Assembly: GCA_016906335.1 (NCBI GenBank) | Contig: JADEYG010000002.1 | Coordinates: forward strand, 992,001 to 1,056,000 | Direction of reading: 5' to 3' | Source of the DNA: Novakomyces olei | Lineage: Eukaryota | Length of the DNA stretch: 64,000 nucleotides | Shown: positions 26,901 through 37,415 of the stretch, in pieces | Layout: each line of letters begins with the position of its first letter | Numbering within the stretch: position 1 is the stretch's first letter | The notes under the pieces: model-generated | Seen by the model: only the letters and a program-made list of their open reading frames with translations | What the model was told of the DNA's origin: nothing | The model's database searches: none | Made by a program: the position numbers and the translations under genes

Positions 26901-29900
26901 GCCATGCACGTAGCTTCGGTAATGCTCTGACAGCGGCCGAGCACACAGACTAGCCTCGCAGATTTGATCGGCAGCAGAGCATATTGATTCGACAAAGTAT
27001 CCCAGCGCACAATCTTGCTCCGTAAAGTAATTTATCACCTGCTCCTCCGGACCCTGGCAGGGCACAAGAGTCGCATTTGATACGAGTGAGTAGAGAACCG
27101 ACAAGGATTGATGGGATATAGGGTTAAGAAAGTCTTTGTTTATATACAAGAAATACTCCCATTGTTTAGCTCTAAACGCACATCTCTGCCGCAGCTCACT
27201 GATTCTGGCTTCTCGCATTATCTCTGCCATACGTTTGTCACCAGGAACAAAGTCTTGTTCGCCAGTGCCTGAAGCCTTTGCCCCGTTTTCACTTGGAGCA
27301 TCTCCGGCCACTACATTTTCGTCCTGAGCCCCTCCATTCTCTGCTCTTTCGTCCTGCGCTGCTTTTTCGTCCTGTGCCTTTTCGTCCTGTGCTTTTTCGT
27401 CCTGTGCCTTTTCGTCTTGCTCAAGTTCACGGGCCAACTGCTTTTGCCAGTCGTGCAGGGAGACCAAAAGATGTGGAGGCGGGTAACGGACAAACGGCGA
27501 AGAAGAGAGTAGTGTCTCTTTAATCGTATCGATAACATGCTCAAGATCCCTTGCTCCAACAGCGCCTGTGCGAATAATATCCATGTCAGGCTCAGCAGAG
27601 GATATTTCAATATCGGGAACAAGGGCAAACTGATCACGCATCAGATATGTTTCCAGTCGCAAATTATATATTATGGGTATCATGAGCAAGGCCACATCCT
27701 TGATGTACCGCAGCTCCGACTTGTGCCCACCTCGGAGTACTAGCGTGCACCCGTGCCTTTTTATTCCCCCCTCCAAATAAATGAAGGATTTCTTGCCCGA
27801 CAACGAGTCCCCAGTGGAAAAAGTCCGCACTGTAAACCGTGCACACTCACCAATCCTTGGGTTCATAGCCAACCGATCAATTGAGCTAATAATATCCGCC
27901 TGCGTAGACCGTGAAATTGCTTCCAGTGTGGACCTTTTCACATTATACGCACAGGCAATATGCTGATCCGCCAGCATCTCCAACGCCAACCGTGAAACAT
28001 CGCCCTCGACAAGTAACAGCTGGGGTTTGAAGGTAGCAATTCGCTGTACGAGTCCGTACAGGTACTCCTTTTCCTGGACAATCACAGGGCTCAGTGTGAT
28101 CAGCTGCCCTTCTTCCCAAAAGTATTGCAAAGGAAAAAGCAGTATCATTATTCTTGGGTTTTTGATCTCACGTGGCATTCGTTTTAAAGCCACGTTTTTC
28201 GTAAACACTACGCCCTGCACAATAGTACTGCTCTCTGGTGGTGCGTCACCAGAAACACGCTTGACCTTGACAAACCGTCGTATATCAATATCCTCCCGGC
28301 TACGGAGATCCGGCATAAGCGTATTGGATACTTGCGTGAGCAGAGGAATCAGGACACTACACCATTTGGCAGTGTCGTGCTCTTGCGACCGATCGAGCAT
28401 TTGCTTGATCATTTTATTTGTATACTCAATAGAGGGGGAATTAGCCTCTAACGATAATTGCATGTGAGCTACGGCCGAATTACTACGTGACCGTACTGCT
28501 GACCGAGTGGCCGGTAAACTGACGCCTTTATCCGGCTTTCCTTTATCTAATTTAGTATTATTCGACTCGGAAAGTGCTTTGCGTGTTGCGTGATGAAGGG
28601 CAGCCGCACCTGATTTACGTGCCACTGATCGCGATTTAGTGCGCTGATGCGTTTTAACAACACTTTTTCCTGACTTTCGAGCAGTCTCGGTGAGATCGGA
28701 GCTGGACAGAGTCTTATCATGCAATCGAGGCCGGGCAAAGGAGCTGCCGGTAATAGAGTTGAGTAGTACTGCCGACTTTGTTCGTAAACGACTTGGGGAT
28801 CGTGAAGTTGAGCGCGTCACTGTGGACCCGGTATTAGTACTAGAATTAGGCTCAGTCGCCAAATCTCGCTTGCCTCCGTACTTGCCCAGATCTTGCCGGC
28901 CCCGTGTTCCCAAATTTTCTTCATTTTCCTCATCGTCATCGCCGGCTTCCTGGTCCTCATCTTCCTCGGAGGAAAAGTTATTGTTGCCACCAGGCTTGAA
29001 TTCTCCAGAAACGGATCTACGGAAAGGTGCCCTATACACTTCAAAGCGTCGTGGAGAAGCAGAAATTGGGGCCAAAGAGCTGCGTCCAGAGCCGTTGTTT
29101 AAACTGCTGCTTCGACTACGGTGTTGACTAGGACTCTGGCCACGTCTCCACGCAGCTTTCCCGTCCAAGCCGGGCCGGGACAATTCGTACACTGGTCTAG
29201 AGCTGGAAAGAGACGTTGTTGCCTCTATAGCGTTCAGCCTGGCAGTTGGCACAGTCATTCGTGGGCCCGTATCCGGCGGCCTTGAATGCTCAGGCATAGA
29301 GAAGGACAAGGCAGAAACCGTTTCTCCGTCGTCAGGTGGGGGTACGACAGTAGAGCCACCAATACCGACTCCACCCGTGGGCCCAGATGGGGAAGCGGGA
29401 ACTGCTTCAGCGCTTTCATCGGCACTGCCTTCTTCACGGATCATTTCGCTGCAGGAAAAACAGGCACGCACTGTTTGTGCAACAATCTGTTTAGTTTCAG
29501 TATCGGCAAACCCGGGCCGCCAGTAAGCAAATTTGGTACAGTTTGAACAGAATATTCGTCCACAGATTCGGCAGTGGTGTTTTCTCCGCAATAAGCCGAA
29601 CGGTAAGTCACATTTAGAGCAACGAGACGTGGTAGAATCACGCATCCAAAAGGCTCTGGGAGGCAGCATTATTGGTCTACTAGCCGTGCTAAAGCTCTGC
29701 TCCGTTTCATTGTCGGGAACAGAGGCAGTTGGGGTATCGTCATCATCATCTTCGTCTCCAGAACTGCCATCGTCTTTGATAGCATTGCCATCGTCATTGC
29801 TAGTACTCCTGTCATGCGCTTTACCCCCTTTAGCTATACTGCTGCCCGTGTCGCTTGTTCCATTACCCTCCACGTCTTCTCCCTCGTCATCAGAGTCGAA

Positions 29901-30092
29901 GCTAGTGCTTCGAGTAAGGGGGAACCCGGGCAGAGATTTTAAGGCATCTTTGCCCGTAAAATGAATCTGCGCAGGCGTACCAGTGCTGCTCGTGCTACGA
30001 TCCGCGTTTGTGCCATTGCTGCCGGTGCTGGCAGGCGACTCCAGATCGCGATCACCGGAAATGGAGGTGCGCGGTGTTAAGAGCTCAGGCAT
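23952..30092 (-). CDS. FAB1: PI3P 5-kinase Fab1/PIKfyve, intronless, 2046 aa
   Basis: FYVE domain (WMRD..RRKHHCRICG), CCT-like domain, CCR Cys/His region, PIPK domain (GGKSGS, DLKGS, MDYSL, IIDFIRTFTWDKKLE). Confidence 0.97.
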   Translation of the reverse strand: MPELLTPRTSISGDRDLESPASTGSNGTNADRSTSSTGTPAQIHFTGKDALKSLPGFPLTRSTSFDSDDEGEDVEGNGTSDTGSSIAKGGKAHDRSTSNDDGNAIKDDGSSGDEDDDDDTPTASVPDNETEQSFSTASRPIMLPPRAFWMRDSTTSRCSKCDLPFGLLRRKHHCRICGRIFCSNCTKFAYWRPGFADTETKQIVAQTVRACFSCSEMIREEGSADESAEAVPASPSGPTGGVGIGGSTVVPPPDDGETVSALSFSMPEHSRPPDTGPRMTVPTARLNAIEATTSLSSSRPVYELSRPGLDGKAAWRRGQSPSQHRSRSSSLNNGSGRSSLAPISASPRRFEVYRAPFRRSVSGEFKPGGNNNFSSEEDEDQEAGDDDEENEENLGTRGRQDLGKYGGKRDLATEPNSSTNTGSTVTRSTSRSPSRLRTKSAVLLNSITGSSFARPRLHDKTLSSSDLTETARKSGKSVVKTHQRTKSRSVARKSGAAALHHATRKALSESNNTKLDKGKPDKGVSLPATRSAVRSRSNSAVAHMQLSLEANSPSIEYTNKMIKQMLDRSQEHDTAKWCSVLIPLLTQVSNTLMPDLRSREDIDIRRFVKVKRVSGDAPPESSTIVQGVVFTKNVALKRMPREIKNPRIMILLFPLQYFWEEGQLITLSPVIVQEKEYLYGLVQRIATFKPQLLLVEGDVSRLALEMLADQHIACAYNVKRSTLEAISRSTQADIISSIDRLAMNPRIGECARFTVRTFSTGDSLSGKKSFIYLEGGIKRHGCTLVLRGGHKSELRYIKDVALLMIPIIYNLRLETYLMRDQFALVPDIEISSAEPDMDIIRTGAVGARDLEHVIDTIKETLLSSSPFVRYPPPHLLVSLHDWQKQLARELEQDEKAQDEKAQDEKAQDEKAAQDERAENGGAQDENVVAGDAPSENGAKASGTGEQDFVPGDKRMAEIMREARISELRQRCAFRAKQWEYFLYINKDFLNPISHQSLSVLYSLVSNATLVPCQGPEEQVINYFTEQDCALGYFVESICSAADQICEASLCARPLSEHYRSYVHGNSRVSVVLEPFTCPLPGMESQILMWSFCKLCKVNTPVMPMSDITYRYSISKYLELSFYSVPIKCRAGLCPHNLFRDHVRYFGLRNKAVRLHYDAIDIYHLEVPSPIVKWRPERLYDLRVARFGAIRQQAQDYYGSLRESLTKFNPDFLQNEEHITQCRQEIAILVSKCDSQEKQILDFLVDFWNQSGPLDINALNRVFRNFQTDIFEWEQILTSFGRKYVLSDSDLKRFTAMHLRKLFSDRDSAEPRDGDKASTGGKDQVSSEEFDGVEMKDMDRGRAQPTPALDTVAAKSSQKRHENKLSIASTNTMQTDDSSALSAKAHESVMPLAKPVGQPVGQPVGQPVGREPLRNEGDTGKKDDTAVKSQVDSSTTIAERPSRIPILVKDSNSAQEPQTAESRSDNVLSASSGGTMLPRSPLKAKFDESALAKPSSSLKKRDRDLLFSNKSERVVTLAKHFDQIAQEFERERQKEQRLAFARRARAHSLAPSRPTVEIFKNLSDVFNDVPSDDQNSSDEAEPQDEEEDEDAHRQVHEQASATRQAETDEPSHRPLEEETAVSANDSGDHSRSLVDDNRSLTDANMEGGISAGAPPSGGERMSLIKSLANFWANRSTSNFLSLEYPLLMSEHVFSDSDVIIREDEPSSLIAFTLNSEDYLEKIPIAHVGWQEDLPDAKEALEEILLKPTGSHLKYQFQEGSAKFACKVYYAEQFAALRESCQCRAEFVQSLSRCVKWDSAGGKSGSMFLKTIDDQFIVKQMSKLETDAFLYFAPAYFEYIAQAIFHDLPSVLTKILGAYQIYIRNPKTGCQVKMDVMVMENLFCGRKLSQIYDLKGSMRNRHVQSTGRTNEVLLDENLVEYICETPLFLSDLSKRLLKTSLWNDTLFLAKMNVMDYSLVVGLDDENRVLIVGIIDFIRTFTWDKKLESWVKERGFVGGGIKEPTIVTPRQYKNRFREAMDAYIYASPSCWTTPFEARALPIIADAKPT

Positions 30093-30283
30093 AGTCTTAA
30101 GCTTTGCATTTGCTGTTTAATGCAGGTTCTTTTTTTTAGTCACGTGTAGTCCATACTTTGAAATCCTGCCGTGGGAGGTTCACCGGATTCTGGGACTCAT
30201 GTTTCCAGAGCAAAGCATGCGCTTGATCGCATCAGGCTTTGGCATCAATAATAATTTAGTATTTAATTCTTTATCGCCTGCCG

Positions 30284-30399
30284 TATTATTAGCGCACAAT
30301 TATTATTAGCGCACAATTATTATTAACGCAAATATTATTAACGCAAATATTATTTACCCAATATTATTTACCCAATATTATTTATCCAAATATTATTTG
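30284..30399. repeat. Degenerate 14-17 bp TATTATT-anchored tandem array in the FAB1/RDS3 divergent promoter
   Basis: Units: TATTATTAGCGCACAAT x2, TATTATTAACGCAAA x2, TATTATTTACCCAA x2, TATTATTTATCCAAA, TATTATTTG. Confidence 0.9.
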
Positions 30400-30567
30400 A
30401 CACATTCCACGAATTCCTCCACGTTCGACGGATTATTTCGCCATTTTTTCACCATTTTTTCAAAGAACTATATTACGATGCAAAGGATAATTCCATATAT
30501 AGACTAATTTATTTATTTTATTTATTCTAATTTTGATAATTAAGTACGTACAACAGCTACAGGGCAT

Positions 30568-31044
30568 ATGTCAAAGCATCACCCAGATCTCGTTCTGTGC
30601 CGGAGGCTGCCTGGTATTTGTAAGTTTGAAATTACAGAGTTTTCCTCCTGGATCGTACTGACTTGAAATAGCGGTGGGCCGACTCTGCGAAAGATGCGAT
30701 GGTAAATGCCCTATCTGCGATTCATATGTTCGACCAACGACGATAGCAAGGTAAGTTGAAGCTTTTAGGATCTGCTCTGACAGCTCTAGAATCTGTGACG
30801 AGTGCTCTTTTGGAAATCAGAGCGGGAGATGTATTGTTTGCGGATCACAAGGTATCTCTGACGCTTATTACTGCGCCGAGTGCACACGTCTTGAAAAGGA
30901 CCGTGACGGCTGCCCGCGCGTCGTGAATTTGGGCTCCAGTCGGACTGACCTGTTTTACGAGCGGAAACGGTACGTTTTCCTATTTTCTTTCGATGCTAAT
31001 AGTGCAGATTTCGGCTTGGTGCTTCACAAAGTGGTACCATTTGA
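30568..31044 (+). CDS. RDS3: SF3b subunit Rds3/PHF5A/Ini1, 4 exons (absent from the ORF track)
   Basis: Spliced [83 protein letters not shown]. Three introns. Confidence 0.96.
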
Positions 31045-31471
31045 CGAGGCGTGGTACGTACGTGTAGTCTTGTAAAGATACACCTTTTTTTTGTTTGATT
31101 GCTCCACGCTTCTCTGCTACCGGACAGGCGTCCAAGTTGCAGCTAGCTAGCGCGTCTTTGGTTAAAGTTTCCAGACCTGGGCTTGCGTTCACACTCGGAA
31201 GCTAAAGGCGAAATGAGCGCTACATTACTAGTCAGATCAAGTATTCCAGATCTCTTGTGTATCAAATAAGGCTTTTGAATAAATGGCCATTCATTTTATT
31301 CATGCCAGCGCCTTTTGGATATGATCAATAAACTATCAAATTCATCTAGTACTTTTATCATCGGACTGTAGAATAAACTCTGGCTTCCGTATCCTTTGCC
31401 TGTCTCGGACACCGTTTTGTTTTGACGATTGGTTCAGGGTTATGAATAGATTTTTTTAATTTTTTAATAAC

Positions 31472-31567
<96 letters not shown>

Positions 31568-31586
31568 TATTATTATTATTATTATT
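31472..31586. repeat. (AAT)n switching to (ATT)n microsatellite
   Basis: About 32 AAT units, then about 6 ATT units. Confidence 0.95.
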
Positions 31587-31888
31587 TTTTAATCAATTCT
31601 CCATGTCGCATTAGCGAGATCAAGTTTGTCAAAAAGCAAGAGTCCTTTCCTTGTAAACGCAAAAAGCTCTTTCGCTCATAGTCTTCAAATACAAGTAAAA
31701 CCATAAATCTATAAGGCAACTTACGATGGAAGCCCTCTAGCTCGTGTCTTTACAAATAAAACAATATCTATATCTATAATTTGAATATAATTATAATTAT
31801 TATAATTATGTTTATATTTATATTCAAATTTATATTTAATCGAGTGTAAACCAACCGCGTGCAGTTTGAAACATTGGCGATAGACGCA

Positions 31889-33827
31889 ATGTGTAAGCGC
31901 AATGGCTCCACACACTGACACTAACTTTCTCAGCTTCGTTTTCTTTCAATCCTGCCGGTAATCAGCAGCAAAAACCGACTTTTTCCTTCGGGGCCCAGCA
32001 GCAACAGCAGCCTCCAGCTGGAAGCACGACTCCAGTATCGAACCCGTTCGGCGCCAGCACAACCCCAGCGGGTCCTCCGCCTGCGAAACCGACGTTCTCC
32101 TTTGGCGGCAGTACCGACGCAAAGAGCACATTTAGTTTTGGGAATGCAGCGGCACCTGCAAGCAGTACAGGATCTGGCTCTGTGGGTCTTTCTGCACCAG
32201 CAGCAACGAGCCCAGGCAATGCCTTTTCCTTTGGAGCTCCAGCTGCAAAGCCACAGGGATCGCTGTTTGCTCCTCAAAAGTCTTCGCCTCTGGCCACAAG
32301 TTCGACTACTGCTCAGGCGCCTGCTCAGGCCCAAACTCAGGCCCAAACTGCTCCACCACAAACGGCAGGGGGCACTTTTAGTTTTGGTGGAGGACAAACG
32401 TTAGGCGGCAGCGCTAAGCCAGGCACCGAGCCACAGACGCCTGCTAATGCTTTTGCTTTCAATAATACTGCTGCAAACAAGGTGGATGCTAATAAGCCAG
32501 CTGCGCCAGCTGCTCCAGCTGCTTTTTCGTTTGGTAGTACAACTAAAAATGAGCCAGCAAAACCAGCTGCTGCAGGAGCAGCTGCTCCTGCTGGCGGGTT
32601 TACATTTGGTGCACCAGCTGCCTCTGCCAATACGGCGTCATCTAATACTGCTGCTCCTGCTTCTAATACAGCATCTGCTACAGCTGTACAGACTGCAGAT
32701 GCTAAGCCCGCGGGAGGTAATGCTTTCTCCTTTGGCAGCAAGCCTGCAACACAACCTGAGCCAGCCAAACAAGCTCAGTCAGGGTTTTCCTTTGGTGCTG
32801 GTGCTGCAAGTACTCCAAAGCCAGGGGAGCCACAAACACCAGGATCAGGCTTTTCTTTTGGTGCAGGACAGCAGCAGCAACAGCAACAACAAAATAAGGC
32901 ACCAGAGGGCCAAACAAATCCGGCTGGAGGGTTTTCGTTTGGAGGAGCAACAGCAGCAAAACCCGGCGAGACTAAACCAGCAGGGAGTGTTGCTTCAAGT
33001 GCAGGAGGCTTCTCCTTTGGTGGGGCGGCTAAACCGGCAGCAGCTACTGATTCCTCTGGATCTAAACTGGGAGCCGGGACCGCTGCTGCTAGCTCCACTA
33101 CTCTGGCGCAAGAGCCACCACCAAGTCAGCTCAAAAGCAAGACCATGGACGATATTATAAAGAAATGGGCCAGTGATTTAGATTCGCACCAAAAGATCTT
33201 TACTGAGCAGGCTACGCAGGTAGCCCGGTGGGATCGTACACTAGTTGAAAACGGGGACAAGATATCCCGTCTTTATTCGAGCACAATCGAAGCAGAACTG
33301 CTGCAAGAGAAAATTAGTCAATCATTAAACTATGTAGAGTCCCAGCAGGGCGAGCTGGGAACGCTACTGAGCCACTATGAGACACAGATGGATGAGATTT
33401 CAGAGTTTCAACTTGGTGGAGCAGACGCACGGCAGCCAGTGGACCGAGAGCGAGAAAAATCTTACGCTCAGGCCTCGCGGCTTTCGGAGCGATTGGAGAA
33501 TATGGGCAAAACTTTGAGCGGTATGGTGGAGGATATTAATCGGGCTGGTAATAGCGGAGCCAAAGCATCCGACTCACCGGTATGTTTTTTATTTATTTAT
33601 TTATTTAGAAGTTTATTATTATTTCACGCTCCCGCTAACAAAGTGTACAGTTATCGAGCACGGTTAAAATATTGAACGCTCATTTAGCGTCATTAAACTG
33701 GATTGAAACGAATACAGCGCGGCTTCAGGCCACTGTTCGTAAACTCAAAGACGAAGAGCTAGAATCGTCACGGGTGCTACATGACTATGGGAACCACAGC
33801 GGGCTGGGATCACGAACGCGGATGTAA
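31889..33827 (+). CDS. NSP1: FG-nucleoporin Nsp1/Nup62, 3 exons
   Basis: Many FSFG repeats, then coiled coil LKSKTMDDIIKKW..QVARWDRTLVENG..ILNAHLASLNWIE. Introns 31893-31933 and 33580-33650. Confidence 0.95.
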
Positions 33828-34083
33828 ACTGTTATTTGCTACAATTTTAATTGAAATGTATGGAAGATTCGTTCTACAGGAAATCTCCAATAACCCTCTA
33901 AATGGTAAATGGCAAGTTTAGGATGTGGGCGTATTTTTGAACAACTATTCTATGCTTAAGCCTAAACAAAAGGTAAAGGCCGTAAAAGGCCCCAGTAAAT
34001 TTTTTATTTCATGTCGTTTATATTATAATGCAAGACCTCCTAGATGTCCAACCTTTGTGACCAATTCAAATACCATCATCTAT

Positions 34084-35100
34084 TCAATACGGTCGGAACC
34101 GCCGTCGCGTTTTCATCTCGGCAACACGGGCCTTGTCGTCTTGAAAAGACTCTCGTAATTTTTCCAACTGCTGCCGTCGAGCATCACGCACCTGCCAGCG
34201 ATAAAAATCGGGAAAAACTCCCTTGGCAGGAACTGCAGAGCTGTCTCGATTTGGCCCTCGGTGATCAGTAGCAGCACGCGAAGCCGGATTACGAAGTTCT
34301 CCTCCCCGTGTGACAGTAACAAACCCGTCTTCGTCTGGCTCAGTGACTCCCAAAGCTCGACCCCGGCGTGTCTGCTGTTCGTAGTCCGCGAAAAGTTCCA
34401 TGTAAGCATCGCACGCATCTTGTAGCCTTTGTGGATCAGGGAACGTATTTGCGTACTTTTGGCGGTACTTTGCCGCGCCCAAGGGAGGGTCATTAGGGAC
34501 AGCTCGCCACGTGAAAGAGGACGTGTGAGAAAGTGCAGTAAGCGCCTTTTCGTACTCCAATGGCTCGTAAAAGACAGCGTGAGCTCTGCATCCTGAACTC
34601 AGTAGCGGCCGAACATCGACAGGCGGCCAATGAGCCCGAGATCGAAGCTGAGCGAGTTTTTTGTTTTCAGAAAAGAGGATAGAATCCGTCTGATCTTGTG
34701 CCGTTGTCTCATCCTCCTCCTCCTCCTGCTCGAGATCCATTTCTCCTTCACCTTGTAAATTATCCTCTGGCGCCGTCTTTTCTGGCTCTGATTCTGGTGC
34801 GCTATGTACAGTACTGTGTATGTGGAACTCTACCAGTTTACAGTCCAGACTGTTGAAAAAGTTTTTTAGTTGCGACTGTGTCGTATCAACCGGCAGATTT
34901 GCCAGTATCAATGTGCGACTGCTCCCATCGTCTTTTGGCTTTCCTTCAGCGAATAAAAGTGTGTGCCGCACTGGCGCTGCCACACATCGCGGCACTCGTT
35001 CCGGGTGCACATTGAGGGTAACGTATTGGAAACCTCCTACTCGCCGGCCGCGCACAGCACTTTTTGCCGTCTTTTTCCGTTTCATGATCGTATTTGGCAT
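34084..35100 (-). CDS. RRP7: rRNA processing protein Rrp7
   Basis: N-terminal RRM-like region (RTLILANLPVD); PDEDGFVTVTRGG and DFYRWQ..F..DK.RV..MK..RRFRPY. Confidence 0.93.
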   Translation of the reverse strand: MPNTIMKRKKTAKSAVRGRRVGGFQYVTLNVHPERVPRCVAAPVRHTLLFAEGKPKDDGSSRTLILANLPVDTTQSQLKNFFNSLDCKLVEFHIHSTVHSAPESEPEKTAPEDNLQGEGEMDLEQEEEEDETTAQDQTDSILFSENKKLAQLRSRAHWPPVDVRPLLSSGCRAHAVFYEPLEYEKALTALSHTSSFTWRAVPNDPPLGAAKYRQKYANTFPDPQRLQDACDAYMELFADYEQQTRRGRALGVTEPDEDGFVTVTRGGELRNPASRAATDHRGPNRDSSAVPAKGVFPDFYRWQVRDARRQQLEKLRESFQDDKARVAEMKTRRRFRPY

Positions 35101-35781
35101 TTGGCGATCTAAAATTGTGGCGAGCGATAAATAAATATTATTATTATTAAATTAATAGAAATTATAATTAAATTAATAAAAATTATAAAATTAAAAAGGT
35201 TATAAATTATGTTTATATTAATTTAAATACCCCAGAAATAGATACTAATTAAAACAAATAAACGTACAACGTCAACGAAGGGCCAATGTAATATAGCTGA
35301 TCCACAACCAATATGATGATTATCAGTTAATTTATCTGGATAGTCTGGTAAAAGGGAGACTGGTTATGGGTCTGGTACGATTGGCATACGAGAGATCGAT
35401 GCAAAGGCTTCGTTTCCTCAACTGACATTCCTTTCTGTGTCTTTGCACGCAGCTGGCAGAAATTTATTGCTGTAAATATAAAGTGCTGCAGCACTGCAAG
35501 TCGTTCATGTTGTCTCTACAATTCAAGACGAATACACCGTCTAGAAACAAATACAAAATAGGCTTGGAACAGTAACCTCGCTGGCCCTTTTGCTCAGCCT
35601 TGATTGAAGTAGTGGGCTAATGATTATTTGTGACAAGAGTGCAACGCTACAGAGCGAACTATACTGAATCCTTTTACTTTGAAGGTAGACGTATATACAA
35701 AACGGCAATCGCATTGGTTCATTACGCTACAACAGGCCGGTAAGCCACGTATATTATCGGCAAATATGTAAATAATTACTA

Positions 35782-36341
35782 TCAGGCATCGCGCACGGTG
35801 CGCCAGCAGTTCCGGAACTGGGACAACTAACAGGATTAGATAATGTCTAAATGTTGGGAAAAGGGACACAGGAAAAGTATAGACGATAAATGAAAATAGA
35901 AAAAATATTGTAATCAGAGCATCAACAAGCCGGAATCTATACCTCTCGCATACAAGCTTCCGGGTCGGATGATCCAGAGAAACATCTGTTAATTTGCACT
36001 AATTCATCGGCACAGCTGCTACTGCTTTCTCTCCGCCGAGATGCTTCGGCTCTAGAAGCTGCCGGGTCATAGTTCCGTAGAGCGAGACCAAACATGCGGG
36101 CACTCGCAGCAGCGTCGCTGCTGCTGTTCCGTCTATCGTCAACACTACCGCTATCGCTTGTGGTGGAGGAAAAGGAGCCGCGATCTCGCCGCCGAGAACT
36201 ATCTTCCAGATCATTCGCGGCTGAAGATGGCATTCCATTTAAAGCGGTGCCAGAGCTGTCATCGGCCACAGCTGAGAACGAATCTCGTTGGCCAACCTCC
36301 TTAGAACGAGACGGCAGTCCCGTGAGCTGAAAGAGAGCCAT
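35782..36341 (-). CDS. Twin-Cx9C (CHCH) protein, about 147 aa, with Ser/Arg-rich N-terminus, 2 exons
   Basis: Intron 35942-35827 (GTATAG..T-rich..TCTAAT..TAG) joins CADELVQINRC-x9-CMRE to LSQFRNCWRTVRDA*, completing two exact Cx9C motifs. Confidence 0.7.
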
Positions 36342-37415
36342 ATTGAACACTGCTTGACCGCTGAAAAATTGTACGCAAAAGGTGGCAATCAGCTTTCAAC
36401 GTTCTTCGTCTGATTCGTACACTCTAAAATTGTCGCTCTTAAATTTGACGAGCGTCACGAGCGTCAGCCACGAGGTGAGAGCAAGTGACTATATATATAT
36501 GCACAAGATAAGCTTTGCCAATTTAGCGTTGTTGGAAAGCCGATTTCCCTATTCTCATTCCTCTCTTGGAAAATCGTACGGATGAGCGGCGGAGACGCTC
36601 ATATGATTATTCTTGCAGTGGCAAAATATGGGGAAATCTATACTTACACACTGTGCCAAAAAGTTGAGTATAATACACGCACGAACTGGTTCGGGTTTGT
36701 ATTAGTAATGTTTGACCTATTTTCTAGTAATTTAGTTTGTATAACTTTTGCGAATTGCGCTGCGCTGATTTGCAATTTTACACGTTTACCGCTCCCGACG
36801 TCTAAGAAGAATTATAGTATAAACCCGAGAACATTGTTTGACATTTGTCTAAAACAATACGGGACTTGATCAATTTTATACAGTCAGAAAAGTAGGCAGG
36901 TTCTGTGTATACTGTGAGCAAAGCGGTATACCACTCTTATACTTGCCAAGGCGATAGACGGGACGCGACGTGTACAAATTGAGAAATGCATTATTGGTGT
37001 ATTAGTCTGGTTTATCAAATTCAATAGCAACTCTAAAAATCCGAAGCCGACGTCGAGGAGTACGCGCTTGATTTATCAATCCTTTAAAAACTAATACTGT
37101 TAAAGTAATTCTGAAAGTAATACTCTTCAACTAAATCCTGCTGCTGCCTTACTTGCGACTGTCGAGAAGCTTCCGATTGACTTGGAGCCAAGTAATCAGA
37201 ACCTTTTACCTATAAAAATCCAAGTGTATTTTATTGGGTTTATTATATGGAATGGGTGAAGAGCAAAGCGATAGAAAATTATTCTGTCCAAAATTTTGTC
37301 CAAAATTTTATCAGTCAAGCGAGACGAACCAGTCTATGTTTGCACAAGTATAATATATTGTCGTGTATATAGAACAAACAGAAAAAAAAAAAACAACACA
37401 ACTAACCGCTGCAAT

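Noticed and set aside
30284..30399. CRISPR-like repeat/spacer appearance
   Set aside because: The 7-bp core is too short, the variable parts are related and duplicated, there are no cas genes and the context is eukaryotic.
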